20,000 nt of DNA, taken from Folioceros fuciformis (taxonomy: Eukaryota). Location of the stretch: NCBI GenBank assembly GCA_049999805.1, contig JBNGIO010006248.1:107304-127303 (forward strand). Reading direction: 5' to 3'. Each line of letters opens with the position of its first letter. Positions within the stretch are counted from its first letter, which is position 1. The notes under the pieces are model-generated. The model had not been told where the DNA came from. It was given only the letters and a program-made list of their open reading frames with translations, and did no database searches. Shown piece after piece: positions 7,225 to 17,627 of this stretch. Made by a program: the position numbers and the translations under genes.

Positions 7225-10200
7225 ATGATGGGGCCAGCTCTGGCGGACCCAAGAAAATTGTGGGGTAACTATGATTGTAAGACGAGCTCCCCCTGGCCAA
7301 TGTGTCGGCATGTGAGGCACGGTGAGGAGAATGAAGCTCTCTGGATCGTGAAGTGCTGCAAGCCATCTCGGGTGTTTGCGAAGCTTCCAGTCTTTGGGAT
7401 GGAGAGAGGTGGTTGTGCCTCCGACAGGCCTGCATTTTATGGGAGGGGCGTGACGGCTGGAACGGTGAGGAAGCTGTGTGATGGAGGCAACCTCACTGGA
7501 GCTGTTGAAGCGTTGGAGGTTTTGGTGCAGAGGGATCGCTGTGATGCCAGATATTTGTTCTATATTGTCCTGAAGGAATGTGTGGTCAGGAAGGATCTGG
7601 TTCTGGGCAGACGGGTCCATGCTTGCACGGTGAGAATGGGGTACCAGTCGGATACGTTCTTGTGCAACCATATCCTGCGGATGTATGCTTGTAGTGGCAG
7701 GTTGCAAGACGCGATGGAGGTGTTTGAAGCCGTTGCAGAACCAGATGCCTTCATGTGGTCTTCCATGATATCTGCGCATGTTAAACATGGGCAAGACAAG
7801 CAGGCTGTGAAACTCTATCACCGGATGCGTAGGTCCAGTGTGAAGCTAGATGGGCATGTGTTTGTGGCTGCGCTTCAGGCTTGTGCGAGGGGATTGGACT
7901 TGAAATCTGGCAAACAGGTGCATGCTGATGTGTTGGCTAGCGGGGTCGAGCCTTGTTTGTTCGTCTGTAATGGGCTGGTGAACATGTATGCCAAGTGTGG
8001 CAGCTTGGCAGATGCTCAGAAAGTGTTTGATGGACTTGGTGAGAAGGATGCTGTGACATGGACGGCTATGATGGCTGGGTACTCCAAGCAGGGGATGGGG
8101 CAAGAAGCCCTTCGCCTCTACAGTGCTGCACTGGACGAGGGCATAGCGGTACCTGATTCTGTCACGTTCGTCTGCCTACTGCAGGCATGTGCAACTGTGG
8201 GGAGTGCGGCGTTGGAGCAGGGGAGGCAGCTTCATGTGCAAATTGAACGTCGAGGGTACCAAGGTGATTTGTTTGTGGCCAACGGTCTGGTTAACATGTA
8301 TGCGAAGTGTGGCAGCTTGGAGGATGCTCAACGAGTGTTTGCTGGACTTGGTGAAAAAAATGTTGTGATTTGGACTGCGATGATAGCAGGCTATTCCCAG
8401 CAGGGCATGGGACAAGAGGCTCTTCGTCTGTATGGATGTATGCAAGAGGAAGGCGTGTCTGTACCCAATTCCGTGACTTTCGTGTGCCTCCTGCAGGCAT
8501 GTGCAAGTGTGGGCACCCTGGCGTTGGAGAAGGGGAGGCAGCTTCATGCAGAGATCAGAGAGCGAGGACATGAAGGTGATGTTTTTGTAGCGAACAGTTT
8601 GGTGAACATGTATGCAAAGTGTGGTCGCTTGCAGGACGCTCATAATGTGTTTGAAGGTCTTGCTCAGAGAGATGTGGTGACCTGGAATGCCATGATAGCA
8701 GGATATTCCCAGCAGGGCATGGGGCAGGAGGCCCTCCGCCTCTTCACTGGTATGCTAGAACAGGCTACAGCCTTACCCGATTCCGTTACTTTTGTGTCTC
8801 TTCTACAGGCATGTGCAACTGTGGGCGCCCCAGCGTTGGATCTGGGAAAGCATCTTCATGCGCAAATAAGAGAGCAAGGGCATCAAGATGATGAGTTTGT
8901 ACTCTGCAGCTTGGTGAACATGTACGCAAAGTGTGGCAGCTTGGCGGATGCTCAAGGATTATTTGACAGACTTGGTAGAAAAGATGCGGTGACTTGGACT
9001 GCCTTGATCACAGGGTATTCCCAGCAGGGTATGGGGCAGGAAGCCCTTCATCTTCACAGTGCGATGCAGGAAGAAGGCATAGCCGTGCCTGATTCCGTGA
9101 CATTTTTATGCCTCCTGCAGGCATGTGCAAGTGTGGGCATACCAGCGCTGGAGAAAGGGAAGCAGATTCATGCACAAATTAATCAACGAGGATGGCGGGC
9201 TGATGTGCTTCTAGCCAACAGTCTGGTGAACATGTACTCAAAGTGTGGTAGCTTGGAAGATGCGAAGAGAGTGTTTGACAGACTTGGTCAAAAAGATGTG
9301 GTTTCATGGACTGCCTTGATAGCAGGCTATTCCAAGCTTGGTATGGGGCAGGAAGCGCTTCAACTGTACTGTGCAATGCAAGAAGAGGGCATGGCTGTCC
9401 CTGATTCCGTGACTTTCGTGTGCCTCCTGCAGGCGTGTGCAAGTATGGGCTCCTTGGCATTGGATAAAGGGAAGCAACTTCATGTGCAAACCAAGGAACT
9501 AGGTCATCTGGCGGACGTGCTGGTAGCCAACAGTTTGGTCAACATGTATGCGAAGTGTGGTAGCTTGGAAGTCGCACGGAGAATATTTGACGGACTTGGT
9601 GAAAAGGACGTGGTCTCATGGACTGTCATGATAGCTGGTTACGCACACCAGAAAATGGGGCATGAAGCCCTTCGGCTCTACAGTGCTATGCAGGAAGAAG
9701 GGATAGCTATCCCGGATTCAGTGACATTTGTGTGCCTTCTACAGGCATGTGCGGACGTGGCAGCACTATCTGTAGGGCGGCAGCTGCACTCACAGATTGT
9801 GGAACAAGGGCTTCAAGCTGACGTGTTTGTCGCCAGCAGTCTGATTAACATGTACGGGAAGTCTGGGAGCATGGTTGATGCACGACAGGTCTTTGATTCC
9901 TGGCCCCAAAGACACATCGTCACCTGGAATGCACTGATAGCAGGCTACACCTCTCAAGGAGACAGTGAAGTAGTATTTGACTTGGTCCAGAGAATGAGAA
10001 AGTATGACCTACAACCAGATGGCATCACATTCCTTAGTGTGCTGACAGTGTGCAGTCATGCAGGTTTGGTGGAGAAGGGGAGAGAGTATTTTGAGGCTAT
10101 GAGCAGACACCACGGCATCCCTCCTACGGAAAACCACTACGCCTGCATGTTGGATCTCCTGGGTCGTGCGGGACTGTTGGGTGATGCATTGCACTTAGTC

Positions 10201-10506
10201 AGGACAATGCCTGTACTCCCTAATGCTGCAGTTTGGCGTGCACTGTTGGGTGCCTGCCGAAAGTGGAGCAACGTGGAGCTGGGATGCCTTGCTTTCAAGG
10301 AAGCAGTGAAGCTAGACAGTAAACATGCTGCAGCATATGTGTTGATGTACAACATATACACTGGTGCCCAAATGTGGGAGCTTGCGCAAAAGATGCAGGC
10401 GAGGAGAACAAGAATCCGTGCGTGGAAGCAGCCGGGCCAGAGCTGGTGGACGGACAAGGATGGAGTGGTGCATAGTTTTTTGGTTGGAGACGAGAAACCA
10501 AAATGA
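7225..10506 (+). CDS. PLS-class pentatricopeptide repeat protein (organellar RNA-editing factor) with E1/E2 and a WW-type PG box, truncated before the DYW deaminase core (E+-like)
   Basis: Intronless 1093-aa ORF. About 26 PPR motifs in L/LL-S-P triplets (S: NxLVNMYAKCGSLxDA; P: VxWTAMIAGYSQQGMGQEAL; LL: VTFVCLLQACA), then P2-L2-S2 (ITFLSVLTVCSHAGLVEKG, HYACMLDLLGRAG), E1 (VWRALLGACR), E2 (AYVLMYNIY), then KQPGQSWWTDKDGVVHSFLVGD and a stop. The exact start codon is uncertain. Confidence 0.96.
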   Translation: MMGPALADPRKLWGNYDCKTSSPWPMCRHVRHGEENEALWIVKCCKPSRVFAKLPVFGMERGGCASDRPAFYGRGVTAGTVRKLCDGGNLTGAVEALEVLVQRDRCDARYLFYIVLKECVVRKDLVLGRRVHACTVRMGYQSDTFLCNHILRMYACSGRLQDAMEVFEAVAEPDAFMWSSMISAHVKHGQDKQAVKLYHRMRRSSVKLDGHVFVAALQACARGLDLKSGKQVHADVLASGVEPCLFVCNGLVNMYAKCGSLADAQKVFDGLGEKDAVTWTAMMAGYSKQGMGQEALRLYSAALDEGIAVPDSVTFVCLLQACATVGSAALEQGRQLHVQIERRGYQGDLFVANGLVNMYAKCGSLEDAQRVFAGLGEKNVVIWTAMIAGYSQQGMGQEALRLYGCMQEEGVSVPNSVTFVCLLQACASVGTLALEKGRQLHAEIRERGHEGDVFVANSLVNMYAKCGRLQDAHNVFEGLAQRDVVTWNAMIAGYSQQGMGQEALRLFTGMLEQATALPDSVTFVSLLQACATVGAPALDLGKHLHAQIREQGHQDDEFVLCSLVNMYAKCGSLADAQGLFDRLGRKDAVTWTALITGYSQQGMGQEALHLHSAMQEEGIAVPDSVTFLCLLQACASVGIPALEKGKQIHAQINQRGWRADVLLANSLVNMYSKCGSLEDAKRVFDRLGQKDVVSWTALIAGYSKLGMGQEALQLYCAMQEEGMAVPDSVTFVCLLQACASMGSLALDKGKQLHVQTKELGHLADVLVANSLVNMYAKCGSLEVARRIFDGLGEKDVVSWTVMIAGYAHQKMGHEALRLYSAMQEEGIAIPDSVTFVCLLQACADVAALSVGRQLHSQIVEQGLQADVFVASSLINMYGKSGSMVDARQVFDSWPQRHIVTWNALIAGYTSQGDSEVVFDLVQRMRKYDLQPDGITFLSVLTVCSHAGLVEKGREYFEAMSRHHGIPPTENHYACMLDLLGRAGLLGDALHLVRTMPVLPNAAVWRALLGACRKWSNVELGCLAFKEAVKLDSKHAAAYVLMYNIYTGAQMWELAQKMQARRTRIRAWKQPGQSWWTDKDGVVHSFLVGDEKPK

Positions 10507-11030
10507 GAAAAGCTTTCCCCCTTTTGGGCTCTGCAGATTCCGTGTACTGCTCGAAGCTCTTCCTCCCCACTCTCCACATCTCCTAGGGTCCTCTAAATTA
10601 GGAGGAATGAGACACCGATCAAATTTGACAGACAAAATAGAAGAAAACTAATTGTGATCCACGTGGACTCCAGATCCCACTTGGTTTGCTATGCATCGCC
10701 GCCTGCTTGCCGAGTGCTCTCGATGTCACTCTCCAGGGATTGAAGCGCCTTGGTGTTGTTTCTTCTCTGGCGAGGAAGCATCTGAAGGTCTGTCCATCTC
10801 TGCTGTGCGAAGGGAGGAGCAAACAGAGTTGCAGAGGTGCCGGGATTAGGGCACAGGTTTGTTGCACCCGAACCGGGATCGGTGAGTTCCATTGCCTAGG
10901 CAATGACAAGCTTGAGCTGTTTGGCTAGGTTGTAAGGTAGATGTCGATAGGATTGAGGCCTCTGCAGCTTTGCATTGGATTGTGGAGAGGTTGCACAAAT
11001 CAGGGTTTGGGGTCCGGGACGAGGAACAAG

Positions 11031-11452
11031 ATGAAGCGTGCGTTGAAGGCGTACAGGAGAGTGCTGCGGTTGGCCCGGCTGCTGCCGCAAGATTCCCGCG
11101 GGTATTACCAGACATATGCTAGGGAGAATTTCGTCAACTACCGAGACGAGACGGATGCTCAGGTTGTGCGAGATCTGCTCCGCCGGACTTACGATCAAAC
11201 CGTCTGGGTGTTGAACAAGGTACGGGCAGTCACCCGTGGCTTTCTCGTTGAAGCTGTTTCAACTTCGAGAAGTCTGCGGGCGGATGGGCGGATCCCTGTC
11301 TTCTTTCTCTCATCTATGTAGTGAGCTGTGGCCTCTTGGAAATCGTCTTTGTCACGTTTCGGCTGTCGTGATCGAGGATGCGTTTCTGTTGAGTGCAGTA
11401 TGTTGCGGGCAACGCAGCAGAGGATTTGAGGCAAATATGCTATCAAGAGTAG
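11031..11452 (+). CDS. LYRM9: LYR-motif (Complex1_LYR) protein, LYRM9-like, 80 aa, two exons
   Basis: Exon 1 is 11031-11219 (MKRALKAYRRVLRLARLLPQDSRGYYQTYARENFVNYRD...WVLNK). GT-AG intron 11220-11398 in phase 0. Exon 2 is 11399-11452 (YVAGNAAEDLRQICYQE*). YARENFVNYR and WVLNKY match the plant LYRM9-like family as I recall it. Confidence 0.85.
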
Positions 11453-13212
11453 GAAGGCGTATCACGGGATTCCATGCCCTCTTCACTGCAAATTAGGGGT
11501 GCCCGTGTCTGACACGACCTGTTTCCTCGGTTGTTCTCTCCACGCGTTCATCTTCCAGTAGCATACGTCGTCCATCATCGGCTTCTTCGGTACGAGGGCT
11601 CCGCTTGACGTTGATCTCTGTTGTGTTTCGTACAGGGCTGAAACTTTTTGGTTACCTTTGACCAGTGTTCCTGGGCCTGTGAAGATAGTGCCTGTGGGCT
11701 GTGCTCTGCAATTTCCGGGGGGCAGTCCCTAGTTAGCAAGCCGAAGTACCCGCCTCTCGGACTGCATATACATATGTGCCTTTCACCTCCACAAATCTGC
11801 CAAGATAAGCCTCGCTGCCCTTACTTTCTTCACCGTCAGTCACTAATCACACTACGTGTCAGCAGTTTGCCGGACATGTGTTGAAAAAGCTACCGCAACA
11901 CTTTATGTCCACCACTTCTGCGCCAGGTATCTGTCTCTGGTATACGAATCTTGTTCAAGCCCAGATGAGTTGCATTGAACCAGTCCTGAATGTGATTGTT
12001 CCGTGAACAAGTGGGATGCCCTCCTTGGTTGTTCGGCCAGCTCCAACACTCCTTGGGACAGTCAGTAGTTTTGCGTTTCCCATGGTGGTTGCCATACATG
12101 TTTGTCACGCTGGTTCTGACCTCTCTGCAACCCGTCTGCCCGAACACCAGTAGTGAAAAGGAAACGCCGGAGGCACGGCACTCTGTGGTCGGCCCCGGAC
12201 CGAACAGGGAGGATATCATTCCGATTCCCACGCATTACATACTGTACACGCGTAACAGGCTGTCAAACACAGTATACAGGCATGAAGTCATGGCCTTCAT
12301 CAGCAGTCTCACCTGTCGAGGAGTCTTCCAAAATCTCAATACGTGCGATGACAAGGATACCATTCGGGTTGTCGTGTCGGACATATATCCTACCGTAGTA
12401 CTTGGCTCATCACTATCGGAAGTCTGCTTCTCCAGAGACGTACGTACTGCAAGCAAAAGGTATTGCGCCTGCCCCACGGCCCATTCCACCGATTCCACGG
12501 CTGTTGCGAAGTTGCAGCCACAAGTGCGAACAGATAGCGATTCCGTCAGCAGAGGAACAATTCGTTCAATCCTTGACATAGCGTGTCCTCTTTGTGGGTC
12601 CGGCTATTTGGGGACGCTGGGAGAACGTCTACGATGTTACCGGCCGGCTTCCCGCCGAGAACCGCCTACATTCTCTATTATCGGCCAATCTCGCTTCAAC
12701 ACCCATCGGCCTGGCTCGATGCTGAGGAGCGAGCTGCTGGGTGGTCACAATGCGGAGGCTGTGGAATTGTTTGTGCCATGCTATTGCACCTGCTCCTGTT
12801 CTGCTACAGTCGCTCAGCTGGGTGTATCAAATCAGTAGCGGATTATGCGAAGATGTCCCTGTGCATTGAAATGCACTGTGCGCAACGCTTTGGCGGTGAT
12901 GGATCCTTCTTTTGCCAGACCCCAGGGAGCTGCTCAATTGCAGCACTGGCCAGTAGCTGAAAATTTTGATCCTTGCAGTGCGTGGTGAGAGTTTTAGGGG
13001 ACTCGCAGTGGGGAGTCCCTTATCTACTTTTCCGCAGCCATGAATTCTCCTCTGCTGGGAATTTTGAGTGGGGCTGGGCAGATGAGGTTGCACCTGCTAT
13101 CCGTTCTCAAGCGAAGGGGAACTTTGGGATGACGATTTCCTGTGCATTATCACTGGATTTGCTTGGACGAAATTGCTGAAGGCGACGGCAGGAGCTGCTG
13201 GGTTGTCTTAAC

Positions 13213-16200
13213 ATGGTGTCAAAATCCTTTGACTGGTGCTTTCCCCGTCGTTGGAAGCGATGCAACGACGACTCTGCGCGTGAGAATTTGAGCTACCGGA
13301 GCTATTCTAGCAACTTGCTGCCTCCCTTGGGGAAAGCCAGTGCGCAGGATCTCTCTCTCCGCAAGTGGACCATTTCCCCTTACAATGTCCTCTACAGGTC
13401 CGGTTATGGCAGAGAATGGGTCACTTGTATTTGTCCGTACAATATGTAGCTTTTGATCTTGTGGCTTCCGATGGTCAGTGTTCTGACAGGTCACTCCTTA
13501 GTTGTGCAGGAGATGGCAGATGTTTCTTATCATATGGGTCATATATTCAGCCTGGGTGGCGCCTTTTGAGTTTGGATTCATACAGAATCCAAGAGGGGGT
13601 TTGCTGGCAGCCGATTACTTTGTGGATGCCTTGTTTGGTATCGACATTGTGCTCACGTTCTTTGTGGCATACCTGGACAAGGCCACATACTTGTTCGTAG
13701 ATGACCACAAAAGGATAGCAGTACGGTGGGTCCTCATGGGCTCCGGCTTTCTGGTGGTAGAATAGCTGCACTTTCTCTGCGGTTGCATGCCATCCACAGA
13801 TCACGTTCACATACGTTGCGCATTGCGGCCCTGCAGGTACCTTCGAACCTGGTTCATTTTCGATGTGTCGTCCACTCTGCCTTTTGAGCTTATCACCTTC
13901 GTCTTCACCGGGCAAGTAGGCCGAGGCATAGTGTTTAGTCTGCTCAACTTGTTCAGGCTGTGGCGGTTGAGACGAGCCAGTGCTCTCTTTGCAAAGTATG
14001 CAACTTTTCCTGGTTGCCTTGCGTCCATGCTTTAGAGACCAACCTCTGTCAGGATCATGAATGCGATGTCCGACCTTTTGTGGGTTCTTCAGAGTGGAGA
14101 AGGATGTCCGTTTCAGCTATTTCTGGACTCGATGCGTGAAGCTTGTTTGCGTAAGTAAGCTTGCACACTGTCTTCTTGGCATATTGGTTGGGGAATGCCG
14201 TCGTGCTTTAACAGACAGGCTGCATTGTTTGTCTGTGTTGGGTTGCAGGTGACTTTGCTCGCTGTACACTGTGCAGGCTGTTTCTACTACCTGCTAGCCG
14301 CCCGCTACCCGCACCCAGAAGACACATGGATTGGCTCTTCAATGCACAACTTCAAGCAACAGAGCCTGTGGGAACGGTACATAGCGACCATGTACTGGTC
14401 CATAGTCACAGTCTCCACGGTGGGCTATGGCGACCTCCATCCTGTGAACACAGAGGAGATGGTGTTCGACATCTTCTACATGCTCTTCAATCTGGGGCTC
14501 ACGGCCTACCTGATCGGCAACATGACCAACCTCATCGTACACATCACCGGTCGAACTCGAAACTATGTGAGTAGACCAAAACGTACCTGTTCTGAAGGTG
14601 AAGTCGTTCAGTGACGTGAGCATTGTCTATGTGCATTCACTGTAACGTGATGTTCCACTGCCCCTCTTGCAGCGTGACTCTGTGCAAGCGGTGTTTGATT
14701 TCACCGCCCGAAACCAGCTCCCGGTCTGGCTGCAAGAGCAGATGCTTGCGCACATGCGTCTGAAGTTCAGAACCGAGAGCCTGCAGCAGCAAACCACCCT
14801 AGCTCTACTTCCCAAGACAATTCGCTCCAGCATTGCGGATATCCTGTTCATGCCTATTGTGACAGAGACGTACCTGTTCAGAAATGTGTCGTATGATTTG
14901 CTTCATCTCCTGGTAACCAATCTCCCGCACTTGCTTCTTCCCGCTGTCCCGTGGTGTGAGCTTGCTAGTAGCAAAATCACGTAAATGCCATCGGCTCTTC
15001 TTAGGTCACCTCCATGAAAGCAGAGTACTTCCCACCCAAGGAAAATGTTATTCTCCGATACGAGGCTCCCACAGACCTCTACATTCTGGTGTCCGGAGCG
15101 TGTGTGAGCATCCTCAGCACTTCCGCTTCAGCTTTGTTTCATCTTCAATCGTTGTCTAGAATTTCTGACCAGCAGCCTTACTATCTGTGGTGCTTGTCTG
15201 GATGAATAGGATCTGATCGACATGGAGGCTGGGAGGGAAAAGGTGACACGACACCATCAACGTTCTCTACATGAGTCTCCGGCTCTGGCACCAGCTTTTG
15301 CTGTGTGACAGAAAGGTTTTGTATGCTCACACTGTTGCTTGTACGTCTGTTCTGTTGTCCGTATGACACCAGGTGGTGCACACTGTTTTGGCTGGAGCCG
15401 TTGTCGGGGCTATTGGAGTCATCTTTTACATCCCCCAGCCCTTGACAGTGCGTACAAAGAAACTGTCCCAGCTTTTGCGTTTAAATCGAGGTGCGCTTGA
15501 GTCCCTCTTGCAAAACAATCCCAAGGACGGACAGGCTATTCTGGATAACGTGTTGGAGGTTTGCTCTCTGCTGCACACTATCGTTGTTTCGTTCGTTGTT
15601 CAGGCTGGATGAGTGTGTGCTCTTGGTAACAAGTTTTTTGACATTGGATGCAGCATCTTAAAGAGTCGCCTCTTCCTGTGTATAAGAAGATATTTGCCAA
15701 CATCAACAAGATGCTAGAAGAGGGCAAGGTTGATATCAATCTAAGTCTCTGCACAGTGGTGGCTAGGGGCAATACAAGACTTGTTGAGCAGTTGCTCAGG
15801 AGAGGATATGATCCCAATGTAGCAGACTATGGTGGACGCACTCCTCTGGTACGTGTCTGGGAAGCTTACCCATCACAATTGAAAGCTCTGCGCCTGATGT
15901 GTGTGCTTCTAAAGGTGTCGTTCCTATGGTGTCATGAAGCACGTTGCAGCAGAAAGAGGAGATGAGGAATGTGTCCTGCTGCTTCTAGAGTTTGGCGCTG
16001 AGGTCAATTGCTATGGTATGGATACAAATAAGTATGTGCCTTGTTTGAAGTGGAATTGCTTGTTTTCCCATGTCGGCCGAGGGCTTTTCTCAGACGATGT
16101 TTCTTGGCAGATGCTGAAGGGAATGTTCCTCTGGTGGAAGCTATAATGAACAGGCATAAGAGCGTGGCCAACCTGCTGAGCGAAAGCGGTGCTCACCTTC

Positions 16201-17188
16201 CCAAACCGGACATCATGAGGATTCTCACCTTAGCTGCAACAGACGGAGGGCTGGAAGTGCTGCAGGACTTGCTCGAGCATGTAGCTGATGTCAATGCAAC
16301 TGACGCAGAAGGGCAAACCGTCCTCCACGTCTTGGCTGCACAGACCCTTACCCCGGATGGAGTTGCTGAGTTTCTGATCATGAATGGAGCAGAAGTCTCC
16401 AGAACAGACTGCAATGGGGTGAGCGCTGTGGACGTTGCAAGGAAACATGGGAACGACCACCTTCTGCGGATATTCGAAGGAGTACTGCACAACGGCTCAC
16501 CAAGGATGAACGCAGATGCATTACAATCCAAGGTGCAGAAGGAAACGGATGTAAATTATGCTTCCGTACTGGAAAGGAAGGAAGATCAGGTTGTGCCGTT
16601 TGCTGGCAGTCAGGCTGACGTTCAACAGGCTGAAGACCAGTTTGCCAAGCATGTCTACACGCCGAACCTGACTACACTTATGAGAAGGCGAGCAACAAGA
16701 GTGGGAAGCATGGGCGGTGATGCTATAGACTCTAGTTTCTTCCTGTCGAGGCAGGCAGAAGGAAGTAGGAGAAGAATACCCGTACCCCAAACCAGACGGG
16801 TTACCGTGTACAACCATCACCCAAGGAGTATGGGAAGCAGGAAATCAGTGGGCAGGGTGATGTTCGTCCCAAGATCACTCAAAGAGCTGCTACGAACTGC
16901 AGGTCAGTCCCCTGTGCTCTCAACAGTCTCTAGTCTACCCTCAGTTCTACTTTGGGCCTCAGATTCACTGTGTCCCTCGTTGCAGGCGAGAAAATGAACT
17001 ACAAACCCACGATAGTGCTGAGTAAAGACGGCGCAGAGATTGACGACATCGCACTGGTTCGAGACAATGACCACTTGTACTTGGTAGACAAGGAGGGACC
17101 GGGTAGCAATGCCTCAGCTTCCATCACCACCACCCATACGTCCGAAATCTCTCAGCTGGATGGGGTCATGCCAGGCATGCTGCCTTAG
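13213..17188 (+). CDS. AKT1: Shaker-family AKT-type (inward-rectifier-like) potassium channel, 919 aa, 13 exons
   Basis: Exons 13213-13397, 13510-13725, 13837-13995, 14093-14150, 14249-14566, 14673-14912, 15005-15103, 15210-15242, 15373-15558, 15654-15848, 15940-16015, 16111-16902 and 16986-17188. All introns are GT-AG and phase-consistent, total 2760 nt. Contains LLPPLG, S4 FRLWRLRR, pore [12 protein letters not shown]6 [22 protein letters not shown] ([10 protein letters not shown]), ~6 ankyrin repeats and KHA ([16 protein letters not shown]). The symbol means AKT1-like; orthology is not established. Confidence 0.95.
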
Positions 17189-17627
17189 ACCAAGGCGAGC
17201 TAACTTGAGCTTGTCTGGATGAGCAATCATTCGTCTTCTTTCACATGGTGACACTCATTGTGGGATGGGGAGTTCTTAGTATAAGTAGGAAACAATTTTA
17301 ATGTAGAGCTTGCGTGCGAATGAGATTTTAATGATTTTAATCAGAACGCAAGATATTCTTTGACAACTGTCTTCCGGAAGATACTGGAGAGAATTTGTAG
17401 TGGAAAACATCCGTCTGTGATCTTCTCGTTCTTCTCTACCACTGTCTCGAGCTTCAGCAGGACAGCGCTTCCTAGGGCCTCAAACCTGTTCCCAACCACA
17501 GTAGCTGGCCCACCTCCTACCTTGTCTACAGAATCGTTCACTTGATCTTATCGCACGAGTGCACGGCAATCCAGGAAAGCCTCAATGCCCTCCGATGAAA
17601 TGGCGGAGCCCCGGAACCAAGGATCAT

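Noticed and set aside
10420..10506. U-to-C (KP-type) editing factor
   Set aside because: The box is PGQSWW (WW type), not the KPAxA form associated with reverse editing.
7048..10651. Antisense and alternative-frame ORFs over the PPR gene (and similar ones over the RING and channel genes)
   Set aside because: Shadow ORFs of GC-rich coding sequence.
10507..11030. Frameshifted remainder of a DYW domain
   Set aside because: No HSE/HAE, CxxC or DYW-like motifs were seen in the + frames.
10941..11321. 126-aa unspliced version of the LYR protein
   Set aside because: Family-like sequence begins at ATG 11031 and a clean phase-0 intron restores WVLNK|Y; the extension reads into the intron.
11996..12838. 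280-aa plus-strand ORF
   Set aside because: Non-ATG start, no recognisable domain, and splice signals favour the opposite strand.
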